From positions 16,310,848 through 16,374,847 of the forward strand of contig CM120643.1 of NCBI GenBank assembly GCA_051362555.1: a stretch of 64,000 nt of DNA, given 5' to 3'. The position numbers and the translations under genes are program-made. Below the pieces are notes generated by a model. It saw nothing but the letters and a program-made list of their open reading frames with translations, ran no database searches and was not told the origin of the DNA. Positions 11,575-23,024 of this stretch are shown piece after piece. How positions within the stretch are numbered: the first letter of the stretch is position 1; each line of letters starts with the position of its first letter. This DNA comes from Lingula anatina. Its lineage: Eukaryota > Animalia > Brachiopoda.

Positions 11575-14500
11575 CTGAAAAAATTTAAAACGAAGCGCTA
11601 TTATCCTGCGTAAAAAAAATGATATTGTGTTTTTTAGTGAATGTTGGGCGACAGATGATAATAATGTTTGTTTACAAGCATTAGGGTTTTGGGAGCCTAT
11701 AGTTATTAAAAGAAAAAAATGAAAGGTGGTGGACTAGTATTGTACATTAAAATAGCCTCAAGCACGCATTAGAAGTAGTTAGGGTCATCGCGGATACAAT
11801 GATATGGGTAAAAGTTAAAAAAAAACATTACACAGGGTATAAGGACGACCTATTTATCTGCTTTTGTTATATACCACAAGAAAATATACGTTATTACGAG
11901 AAATATGAGATTTTTGACCAATTGCAACTTGATATAAATATGTTTAAAGAAAAGGGTAAGATCATGATCATGGGAGGTTTGAATTCAAGGACTGGTCTTA
12001 AGAACCAAACTGCTGAAAATTGCCCATTTCACCAAGAGATCGCGCACATAATAGTCCTGTAATGGCGTTCATAACTGTTAAGAACACGCCCAGGTCAGAC
12101 AGAAAGTCAGAAGATAACGTTGTAAATAATTTTGGCAGAAAGCTATTGAAACTTTGCAACCAGACTGGTCTGGCCATACTTAACGGAAGACACTCAGGGG
12201 ACGCGGTCGGAAAAATTACGTTCTGTAACAGAAAGGGGACGAGTGTCATTGATCATCGTCTCACAGACAACTTTACGTGGAGTGATGTTTACCATTTAAC
12301 GGTTGAGGACTTCCAGGAATACTCAGATCAGGCCCCATTGAGTGCCGTCCTTACAGTACAGTCGGATAACATAGCAACTAGTGCAGGTGACACCCATTCA
12401 AAGTTGGAACAGGCGGACTGACCCGATATAGATGGGACAAGGATAAGCTAGCAATAATGAGAGAAAAATTAACCCTTAGTTTAAACAATATGTATGGAAT
12501 AGTGAATGGAATAAGAGAAGATTGCGAAGAATCGTTAAGTGAGGTTGTGCAAAATTTAACTGATATATTTCTAGATATAACTCAACCCTGTAAACAGCGA
12601 ACACGAACTAATAGACATCAAAGCTTTACAAAAGTGGAAAATAAGCCATGGTTTGATAATCAGTGTAAAGATAAACAAAAGGAATATAGAAAAGTATTAC
12701 ATCATTTCAGTATAAACAAAAAACACTGTAAATCGAGAAAAAGTATGTGATATCAGATCAGAATATAAGACCCTCATTAAGAGAAAAAAACACTATATGT
12801 TACGCACGAGGGGAACAGGTTATCATACATAAGAAAACACAATCCGACTGAATTCTTTAAAAAATTTTAAACGAACGAAAACAGTAAAACCAAGCAATTA
12901 AACTATGGATGCTTTTTTGAAACATTTTGAGACGTTGTTTACCTAACCCAAAAATACGAATCAAGAAGATATAAACAAGCCTGATTATACAGATCTGAGA
13001 TCAGACTCGGGTTTTCCAGAACTAGATGCTATTTTTACAGAAATCGAAAAAAACGATGCAATTAAAAATCTACAAATTGGAAGGAGTCCTGGCCCAGACG
13101 ACATGCTAAATGATTTCTTTAAAGCATTCCGCACTGAACTGACACCTGTGTTTACTATCTTATTTAATAAAATATTAGAAAGTGGCTGTTTCCCTGAATG
13201 TTGGAAAAGGGCTATTATTGTGCCAATTTATAAGAAAGGGGACGCCAATGATGTTAACAATTATAGAGGAATCTCCCTGTTAAGCCATTTAGCGAAGCTA
13301 TTTACTTCTGTTGTTAACAACCGCCTTATGAAATGGAGTGCTGAGAACGAGGTGATCTCAGATGCTCAGTTTGGTTTTAAGCCAGGTAGCGGAACGAGAG
13401 ATGCTATTTTTGCCCTACATGGTTTAATATCAGAAACATTTAGACAGAAAAAACGTCTATATTGCTGTTTCGTGGATTATACCCGCGCTTTTGACACGAT
13501 AAGTAGAATATGTTTATGGAAAAAATTAATACGCTCCGGAATAACAGGGAAACTCCTCAAAGTTATTATCAATTTATACACTAATTTTAAAGCTCGGGTG
13601 AAACATACAAATGAGATGAGTGATTATTTTGCTCCTGGCTTGCTCCAGGGGGAGGCACTATCACCACTGCTATATCCGTTATACGTGAACGATTTTGAGA
13701 TGTATTTATTGAAAACCAATAGCAGCAGTCTGAAAATGGGAGAGTTAAATATCTTTTTGTTGATGTATGCAGATGACACGGTTTTGTTTTCTGAGTCACT
13801 CTCTGATTTGCAAAATATGATAGAAAACCTTGAGTTATACAGTATGGAGTGGGGTTTAACAGTGAATGTTAGTAAAACTAAAATAGTGATTTTTAAAAAT
13901 TCATGAAAATGAATCGTGGTACTATAAGGGGATGAAAATTGAAACAACTAATAGTTTTCCTTATCTAGGGTTACTTTTAAGTTCCAATGGAAATTTTCTT
14001 ATGCCGAAAGCTATAGCAGATCAGATAAGAAAAGCAATGTTTGCAATAAGAAATATCAGTGGAAACTCATTCTTTAATGTAGAAACTGAACTTTTTCTCT
14101 TTGATACCTATTTGTTACCAATCCAGGCCTACCCAACTACCAGACTCGGCACCGAATGATCCTGAATTCACCGGTAGATCAGACCACACTACCCGTTTTC
14201 AAGGTGTGTGTCAGATCGCAATATTGTAAAACGACCTTGGGGGGTCAGTACCAAAGCCGTGTCGGCTGCTGTCTATTACGAATTAGGGCGATTATACCAT
14301 AGGATGGTTAAAATAGTGAGGTATTGTTAAGAACACAAAATTGTATTTTAAGTGGGGTCTATGATAATCTACTTCTTTCGTGTAATGATTTCGATAACTG
14401 GGCAACCAAGGTAAAAAGCATGTTAACACGTCTCGGACTATCAGATGTCTGGAAGGATCAAAATGTACCAGATGAATCTTATTTTCTTAAGGACTTTAAT

Positions 14501-15100
14501 ACACGTCTAAGGGACAATTTAATTCAAGAAATTAGTGAAACAATACAAAAATCATCTAAATGTTTACTGTATAGACACTTGACGGATATTTTCGACCTAC
14601 AAGGCTATCTAGGAAAAAATCTCTCCTTAAAAAGCTAGACAAATCATATGTAAGTTTAGAATTTCGGATCATAAACTCATGATTGAAAAGGGGAGATACC
14701 ACAGTGTTCCGAAAGAAGACAGTATACTATGTGACCGAAATTATATAGAGGATGAGTTTCATTTTGTTTTTATCTGCCAATATTATAGTGACTTGAGAAG
14801 CAAATATGTTAAAAAATATTACTGGCAGAAGCCCTTGGTTTTTGAATTAATACTGTTATTTGGAAGTCACAACCTAACAGAAAATAGAAATCTCGGGAAA
14901 TTTTTATTAGAGGCCTGCAAGCGCAGGGAAATTACATGTTAAAAGCTACATATATACGAAAGATTTAAATATTATACTTGACGTACTGGTATTGTATTAT
15001 CTTCATTCTCATTTATTTATTTTATTGTAATTATTATGCTGTAAATTGTTGTATCGTACCTATGACAAGAATGTCACGGTAAATAGACTACTACTACTAC
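11575..15100 (+). mobile_element. 5'-truncated LINE (CR1/L2-group) ORF2 pseudogene: APE endonuclease plus RT
   Basis: EN fragments (DIVFFSECW, GGLNSRTG, VNNFGRKLL..ILNGR, GTSVIDH). RT ORF 13103-13906 (IVPIYKKGD..NYRGISL, QFGF, GLLQGEALSP, MYADD). C-terminal IEKGRY..C..IEDEFHFVFIC. The tail AATAGACTACTACTACTAC ends at 15100. Confidence 0.92.
14124..14220 (+). mobile_element. Solo TIR of the hAT-like MITE family at 49657-50563
   Basis: CAGGCCTACCCAACTACCAGACTCGGCACC...GTGTGTCAGATCGCA is nearly identical to 49657-49753. The LINE frame resumes afterwards (YCKRPWG..AAVYYELGR). Confidence 0.85.
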
Positions 15101-16450
15101 GGATATCTTCTACCGGTAATTTTACTGAAGATTTCCAAAGATGCTTATCAACATGGTGCAAATCGAAAATTAAACGCTTTTTACTACTACTGCGAATGGT
15201 CACTGTACCGGTAAGTGGTTTAACTACAACAGGTATATCTGAGCATTCACTAATAAGACTTTGACCAATAAATCTTGCATTACCTGCTCAACAAATGCAC
15301 TATGTAAAACAGCAGATCTATTGTTTTGTAAATGAACTGATGCTGGCGAAGAGAAAAATGGAAGCTTGTATCCATTTTCTAAAACATCAAGAAAAATCAT
15401 ATGTGCCAATACTTTTCCAAAATGCTAAATTACTTCTTAGTCTGCCTTTTACATAAACACACTGGACAATAGAAATGTCACCCCTACTGAACCAATACTT
15501 TTGGGGAGATAAATGACTGTGGAATGATATGCTCCTGGTATCATTTTATTAACATCAAATTTCACAAAAAGACCAACAATACAATTCCATGGTACAGCGG
15601 TTTTATACTCATTAGTCACATTATAAGCACACCAGGCATTATAACTTTGATTACTCTGATTCAGGGGGTGACACTGCTATTGTCCAGTGTCTGTTTATAT
15701 CGGCATTGCCTTGCTCGTACTCAAAATAATTATCAGTAATAAATGTTTCATCACATTTTATATCACAACAATACTCATCTTTTACACAATCATTGCCGAT
15801 TGGTTTTGGAGAATCCTGGTGCATTCCCTGGTGCTCTAGTGAAGGGACAATCTCTCTTACAATGGCCGGAGGACCCACACACAAAACACGACCTGCTCCG
15901 TCCTTGTACGTAGAGGCTGGCAGCAGCAGAGGTTACAGCTGACATGAAAGAGACTGGAGCGACTGGTCATGAAGCTGCACGGGGAAACGCCAAATGCTAT
16001 CCACGAAAAGGAGGCTGGGCGCAGTAAATAGGAACATTACTACTAACGTTAGAAGAAACCACAGATTTGCCGAGCCGTGACCTTCCTTTGAAAAACGCTT
16101 CCCCAGTTTACGCTTTTTCAGTGCCTTTCTCTCCGGTCTGTTGATTTTCTTCTCGTCGTCGGAGTCGCTGGCCAAAAGATGAGCTTTATGAAAGCGGACA
16201 TTGCCACACCCATCTTCACTGAAATCAGCTAGTTTAATTAGCCTATCCCTCTTCTTAAAGATGCATATGAAGTCAATTTTTTGCCACAAAAGCTAACTAA
16301 ATGCCAGCATATAGTTTCAAGTACATGTAGTATAACTAAGAGAAATACCAAAAGGCGCTGTTTAATTTTACCCGAAAAATGATATTTGAGGTTTTCTGCA
16401 AGAGTTCTACAGTGAACGTAGAGACTGGCAGCAGCAGCATTTTTTACCAC
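15101..16450 (-). mobile_element. DIRS-like retrotransposon 5' part: gag-like ORF and RT N-terminus
   Basis: Gag-like: LIKLADFSEDG...LASDSDDEKKINRPERKALKKRK (15933-16289). RT start: DVLENGYKLPFFSSP...NNRSA and KKRLIFDLHHVDKHLWK..ED, ending at 15101. Confidence 0.8.
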
Positions 16451-16464
16451 TTAATGACGTGTGA

Positions 16465-16566
16465 AAAGGCATTTTTTCGATGGTCTTTGGTTTGACCCGA
16501 CCTAGGATCAAACCCACGACCTACTGCACCAGAAGCGAGCATTCTACCACTTAAGCCATCCGTTCC
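16465..16566 (-). mobile_element. tRNA-derived SINE head (truncated)
   Basis: Minus strand reads GGATGGCTTAAGTGGTAGAATGCTCGC...GGGTTTGATCCTAGGTCGGGTCAAACCAAAGAC, with A-box- and B-box-like motifs. No acceptor stem is seen. Confidence 0.7.
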
Positions 16567-16807
16567 AGAGACCGAGACGTGAAGGCAATTTTGATTTTCG
16601 TTCCAGGGACTTGGAAGGGACTAAGAGGTCTGATTGAGATTAATGGTCTCTGCACAGGCCCCTGGTTAACTGTGAGTGTTACAGTCTCTCTCTTCGTCGT
16701 TCGCTGAGACCGAAACGACCGCTGATCTGTGTCTACGGCGAACAAGAAGCTGTGTTGAATATTACTGTCGCTTCTCACTTAAAGAAGTTTTAATTTGCTC
16801 GAGTATT

Positions 16808-16943
16808 TGTGGCGGCCATGTTGCATTTGGTGGGGATATTGGAATTTTTAGACATGCCCATTCTCTACAACTGTGCCAAATTTCATGATTGTAGGTAAAA
16901 AATGCACAATTCACCTTTTTTTCTGCACCATATTGCTGGACTA
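16808..16943. mobile_element. Solo Academ-like right TIR (a second family)
   Basis: GGCGGCCATGTTG...CCAAATTTCATG...TGCACCATATTGCTGGACTA has the same GGACTA end and layout as the 3421 terminus. No matching left TIR was found. Confidence 0.55.
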
Positions 16944-18141
16944 TTAATCTACATGTACCTGAATCATGCAGTATTAGGTATGGACTAAGTATTTAATAGT
17001 GGGCCCACTGTAAGTGATGATAAGTTGATAGGCATAAGGAGATCGGTCTAATCCCTCTTGTCTTTGTTCAGGTGGTGCTTTCTAATTCTTGATTTAACCG
17101 GCCTGAAACCGCACGACCTTTAATCCCCATAGATTGGGAATTATCTTAGAATGCAATAGTGTCACCAGGAGTTCATCTACATCTGTAGATATGACATAAA
17201 CTATTATGTACTGCATGCTGTTAAGCGCAAGCTGTTTTTCAACGGCAAAATAAAAAAGATTTTAAAAATCTAAAAATGAATACGAAAAAATAAAATACTT
17301 AAGTGTAATTGGATTGCAAGGTGCTATTACTTGGACTTGGGACAAACTAAAGTTGTTCACTGGGTTCTAGCTTGGGCCCATCTTAAGTAATGCATTATTG
17401 AAAGAATCATGTTGGAAAAGAGGGGGAAATGTGCATTGGACCCATCTTAAGCAAGACACTATTGAAGCAGGTTGGCAAAAAAACGGTGAAATGTGCATTT
17501 AATTTTAAACACATGTGAAAAAAAATAACTGAAATGATATCGTAAGTTGTAATTAAAAAAGACGACAAACTGCAAATGACACGCAAAATATTTTAATTAA
17601 AAGTTTAAAAAGTGACAAATTTGAACAATAATGAGTTTAACAATATCCTTATTTATACATGTATACGCTTATTTGTTTCAGAAGTAAATAATATTTGTTT
17701 CTCATTTTGTGTTGTTAACATATGTACTTCAAAAAAATAATCAGTATATTTAAATCCAAAAAATGCTTTAGAAAAATGCAATAAAATGTCACCGTGTGAT
17801 CTCTACTATCATCCAGAGGCCCTTCTAACAGTTCCAAAATTGCACATGAGTCCGTGCAGTATTGCAATTGCTAGATAGGTCTCTGACTTAAAGTAGCTTA
17901 TCTCAGTTACAATATCGGTGTGTGAAACAATTAGTCTGTTTTCCTGGCACTCGTAATTGTGTTTGGTTAAACATCACAAACTTAACTAAAACTGAGGCTT
18001 TTGGAACTGCCCAACGCTCAAGTATGAATAGAAAGAACAGCTAGTTTTTGTTGATCATTCAGACAATTAAAGCCTATCTTCTTTTGTGTCATTTTGTATA
18101 TTCTACTTGACCTACCATCTACATTAGCTAGGCCACAAACA

Positions 18142-19737
18142 CAGACTTGATATTTAATATGGAATATTTCATCCAAATTATATTTCTTTGATCTTTTCCT
18201 ACTTTCCGCCTAATAAATGAAAACAAGGATTTGAATCTTGTTTTAATAACGTTTAATAAATTTTCGATGTAATTATGGCATCAGTTCTTTAACTGAATTC
18301 GCCGAATAAATCAAACAAAAATACACGACTGATTCTTGGTCAAAGTACAACCAATAAAAGCCATATTTTGATCGCATTTTCGAAATTATCATCTGTAAAA
18401 GAGTTCAACGCTCCGAAAAGGACGCTCATATCAGTGTATGGTCACAGCAATGGTCAGTGGTGCGTCTGGGCTCATCTAGCTTCAACAACGGCTCTAAGAG
18501 GTAAAGAATTCTTTCTTACAGGTTTCTCGTAGTTTTAACTGAGATAATATTCCAGTATCGATCGGACCTTGTCCAATTTATTCCAGATTTGTTGTAGGGC
18601 CAGTAGGGTCCTGAATACCCATAGATAGCCTATAGGCTTCAGATCGGACAATCTCTAGCTGCTCAGGACTTTAGTTCTGCAAGCAATCTGCAAATACAGG
18701 TGCTCTTCGTGGACGGATATTTTCACCTTGTAATGGAAGTGTCCTCTTGCAAATGTAAGGCAATTGATTTCCAGAATACTCCTATATTTTATCTGGTTCA
18801 AGTTTCTATACATGACTACCATTGAGGATTTGTCACCAACGTGCATTTAGCCCCAAATACAGGTACTCCCAACGCCCCAAGTTGCTTTGGAAGCGACACA
18901 CACTTAGTCGAAGACCTCTTCGGAATGTTTGTGAACTATAATTTGAACATCTTGGTGGTACAGATGAAATCTGACCTCAATAGTGGCAATCACATGTTTC
19001 CAGTTTTGTGCCCATAATGTTAATGGTTACCAATTCATTGCAGAGTAGACGATGATGTTGCGCTGTTCACAGAGCTAGGGTTCCCCAGAGCTCGCCCGGA
19101 ATAGTAACCTGCTATTAAAGCCAGTCTGGTGCGATTACAATGGGCTTTGAAAAACGCTTGTAGGTGACAATTTGTCCCTCTCTCTGAAGCGAACCGCGGG
19201 AATCGTGTTTGTTTATTGTAAAAAGCAATGGATCCTGTTTCCCTGCGTTAAATTCTTGATGCCTTGCGCGTGGTCTGTGGGTAGGTTTAGCAGTCTGGGC
19301 ATACCTATGTTACCCGTGTAGAGCGTCTCTTGCGACGCAATAATCTGCCTGGCAATGTCATTTGTTTGACGCATTTCCGTCGCAGGCAGTGCAACAATGC
19401 TGTAACACTTTGCTCATTTTACGCACTGTAACATCTCCTACTTATATGTAAAATTACAAAATCTTCTGTGCTGGCGTTGCCAAAATATTGATATTTTTTG
19501 ACTGAACCATGCTCTGCCATAGTCATCCTTGGGTCAGCCCAAAAAGGAATCAACCCAAAGAAATCAACACACATTACGTAATGCAGCAGTGCTTCAGACA
19601 AGGCAGTCAGTTAATGGTTACTGACACACCTGGCCACACATTTACCTATTCTCATAATTCACATTAGGAAAAACATAATTCATTTTAACTGGACATACCT
19701 TTGAAACTAAAATATTCCATATTAAATGTCAAGTCTG
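18142..19737 (-). mobile_element. Decayed Tc1/mariner transposon
   Basis: TIRs CAGACTTGATATTTAATATGGAATATTT / AAATATTCCATATTAAATGTCAAGTCTG-TA. Minus-strand transposase remnants: QNWKHV, WG.MHVGDKS..NLNQ..Y..ILE, DLKPIGYLW (compare DLNPIEHLW), LQQIWNKL, AVVEAR. Confidence 0.8.
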
Positions 19738-20339
19738 TATAATTTTTAACTAAACATTTACATATAAGCTGTGCACAATTCTGCCAGCCTTTTGTCACTG
19801 GTACAGAGTAGAGTGATATCAAGTATCTTTGTTTCTATACAAAAACGATTCAATTTGCCTTGAAAAAAATATATTTATGTTACACAGAACCTTATTCAAC
19901 CAAAATAAAATACTTAAAGCTATATTAACCTTACCTTTTAATATTAATATGGTTATTATGGTTTATATAAATTTTCAACGCAATTCACAGCCATTCAATT
20001 AACAATATATTTAAAATATAATATTTCAAACTATTAAATTAACAATATTTCAAACCAACAATAAATCTATATATAGTATCAGTACAGACTTAATACAAAT
20101 AATATCACAACAGTTCCATAATACAAAAAATGCCTACTCAAAATACCTTCAACCAAAATGGCATTTGCCTTATTCTTAAACGTTCTCTAAATGTTCACCA
20201 GATGTTCTACATAAATAAGATATTATAAAGCACAGAAAAGAATTGTCCCAAAACTTAATATATTTGTCATTTTTAACTGTTTCAGTTTATTGCCGTTCAT
20301 TTGAATAGCGCAAGTCTGTCGTGTTTGTTCAAATCTCCC

Positions 20340-20780
20340 CAAATCTCCAACGTTTTTTCTGAAGAGTAAAAGGATACGGCCTTTTGATCGTCCATGTATC
20401 ATATAGCACCGTTTACGACCAGTTTGGCGCCATCCATTTGTCCTCTATTTCCAATGTTTTTTTAGGAATACTTAGACAACACCTTAGCGGGCGCTATACA
20501 TGAACGCTCCTTGTCTGTCCGCATGATACCTTTAGAGTGTTTTTTCCTAAGGCACGCGTCGGAGAGACCTGCCGCACGCTGCAAACCACACAGTGTTTCT
20601 ATCGGGTGTCCACAAACAGGTGTGTCTCTGTAACTGAGAGCCCGTATGTGCACGTTAGTGGGAGCGGGAAGTGGGCACGTTTGCCTACCGTTTGGCACCA
20701 AACTGTGCCACTCCATTGTAAACAAGAAATATGGCTTGTTACTTGAACCGTCACTGTCTTGAAGGGACTGTCATCTTTCA
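20340..20780 (-). mobile_element. Possible LINE ORF1p (RRM/CTD) remnant
   Basis: Across frames, KRAHFP ... VHIRALSYRDT ... GAKLVVNGAIY resembles the ORF1p RAH..IIVRF..Y.D...KL.VNG..Y pattern. Interrupted by stops. Confidence 0.35.
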
Positions 20781-20860
20781 AACGTCAGAACAACAATATG
20801 TTTATATGGTTGTTTCATTTAGCGCTGGCGCTCGTAAAATTCTGAATGGAGATGGTTTAA

Positions 20861-21091
20861 AGTGCACTAAGGCCTCCATACGGAAAATAAATAAATAATA
20901 TTAACAAAGTAAGCCACATATGGTGTGAAAAGACGCTTCGGAAGAAAGTGTTTGTTTACATCTGGCGAAATCTCGGGACGACCGCAGTCCTTAGCTTTCT
21001 TTTGTTTAAGATATGTATCACAGTATCTGTAGATACTAGGCTCGAATTCCTCTGATACTAAAGACTGTTATACGGCTGTCTTCTGTGCACT
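20861..21091. mobile_element. Possible Kolobok-like MITE
   Basis: TTAA-AGTGCAC...GTGCACT-TCAA; short, imperfect TIRs. Confidence 0.4.
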
Positions 21092-22329
21092 TCAACACAG
21101 TTATAATAAATAGAGTCATATCAAGGGACTTTGCTCATATCTTGACACATTTATTACGTTCTACTCCCTTTCAATGATATACTCTTTCTGTGCTATTTTA
21201 ACTAATATCAACATCACAAAATGTAACAATGATTCAATAAATATCTCCACTTTACAACAATTATGCACCATAAGTTCAATATACTCTATATCTGCCATGC
21301 AAAGATACCTCAGAGATGCCCTCAGATACTGACATCCAATATGATTCAATGCAATTTCACAGTACACCAGTGATTGGCATCATCTCTAATTCTTAAAAGT
21401 TTAAAATCCAAGATTCTGAATCTTGCAAAGTCGCACTCAATGAAAATTCCCAGTCCAAAAATAAACCAAACGTTTCGAAACATTCTTAAAGAGGGTTAGT
21501 TGTTCTTGCTTTCTTTCTTATTCACCTAACATGTAAGCCTTTTGGCATTAGGTCACGTTTTACAGTATTGGGTGATTTACATTTATACGTTTGATCAAAC
21601 TAAATGTACCAAATAACAAATAGCAAAAAATTGAGCTTTTATGTGATAATTTAGACAAATCATTAACTTAAACTACTTAACTTAATCTAAAATACTTCTA
21701 CATATGTAGGAGAAGGTAATTACAGAGATTTCTTGTATATTCTTAATTACCTTTACAATACGTTTTTTAACATTTGCTGTTGAAAACACACTGTTGTGTT
21801 CCTTTATTGAATAAATAGCGAAAATCATGCACTATCTGCCCCGCCACGGGTTTATTTAATTTGATGCAATATAAATGTCAAATATTTGAAACTGATTATT
21901 ATTTATCTCCAAAAGTATTAAATTTGAATTTTGAACTAAATAGTATATGTATCAGAATTACATTTTCTTAATTTGTCTAGTCATACACCATAATAAGCCG
22001 CAGTAGAATTATAGGAATGTAGTCATTTTGATTATTCGTTTAACAACCGAATCCGCTACCAGCATTTTCAGAGCGGCCTTTTTACCAAAAGACCTACATG
22101 TGTTTTACTGTCATTTATTTAAAAAAGAAAACGGGGTTTGGCGGACTTAAAATCAAGTTTAATGTACCTAAAAGTGGTTCAAATTACCAGTCTTGACTAG
22201 AAGAGAGAGAACGTTTAAAAATATATTATGCTTTGAGAGTCTAGGGGGAAAATATCTTGTTACGACAAAAATTTAAAAAAATGTTACCAAATATATTATA
22301 AAAAGTAAACAATCTTTGTAGCTCTTTGT

Positions 22330-22818
22330 TAGTAACGAGCAAATTTTACCCCCAATCTACCTCTCGCTGGTTAATTACTAGTTTAGTAAACAGTTCAAAA
22401 CGAAGTAGATCACTTTCCTGAAACGGCACTAATACAAGTATCAACAGTTCATATATACACCCTCTCTCATCTTCTCTATGCCCTTGCGTTTATAACGTAA
22501 TTTTTTTCATCTAAATGAGGATTAGGCCATGCGCTTTGCATCATTTGATGTTGATTTTGTGCGAATTGTAAGACTCCGTTTACATAATTTTCAGTGAAAA
22601 ATATGTTGATGGAGGTCGTTGTCGCCCTGGCGCGTTAACAAGCGCTGTAGCCCTGTGTTACAATGTAGTAACGAGTTCTAAATATAAATTGCACTCTTAA
22701 CCTACCCCTCGTGGGTAATTACTAGTTTAGTAAACAGTACAAAACAAAAAAAAATCACTTTCCTGAAACAGCAATAAAGCATGTATCAGTTCATATATGC
22801 ACCCTCTCCCATCTTCAC
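22330..22818. repeat. Dispersed direct duplication (~150 bp, two copies)
   Basis: TAATTACTAGTTTAGTAAACAG...TCACTTTCCTGAAAC...CAGTTCATATAT.CACCCTCTC.CATCTTC occurs at ~22330-22475 and ~22667-22816. Confidence 0.8.
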
Positions 22819-22965
22819 TTCACAAAAATGAGCGGTAAGTAGGAACGCTGCCGTTTGTACTGGGTAAGGAGGTGGCAGTAAAATATTTATCATAAATCTG
22901 GATACAAAGAATGTTCCCATTCTTAACCCCTGGTTTAGAATTATAAATAGAATGATATAAATGAG

Positions 22966-23024
<59 letters not shown>

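Noticed and set aside
13103-13906. RT ORF as a retron, DGR or domesticated reverse transcriptase
   Set aside because: It is flanked by APE endonuclease fragments, a LINE C-terminus and a (CTA)n tail, with many frameshifts, so it is an ordinary dead LINE.
16465-16566. tRNA gene
   Set aside because: A/B boxes are present, but there is no acceptor stem and it continues into SINE-like body sequence.
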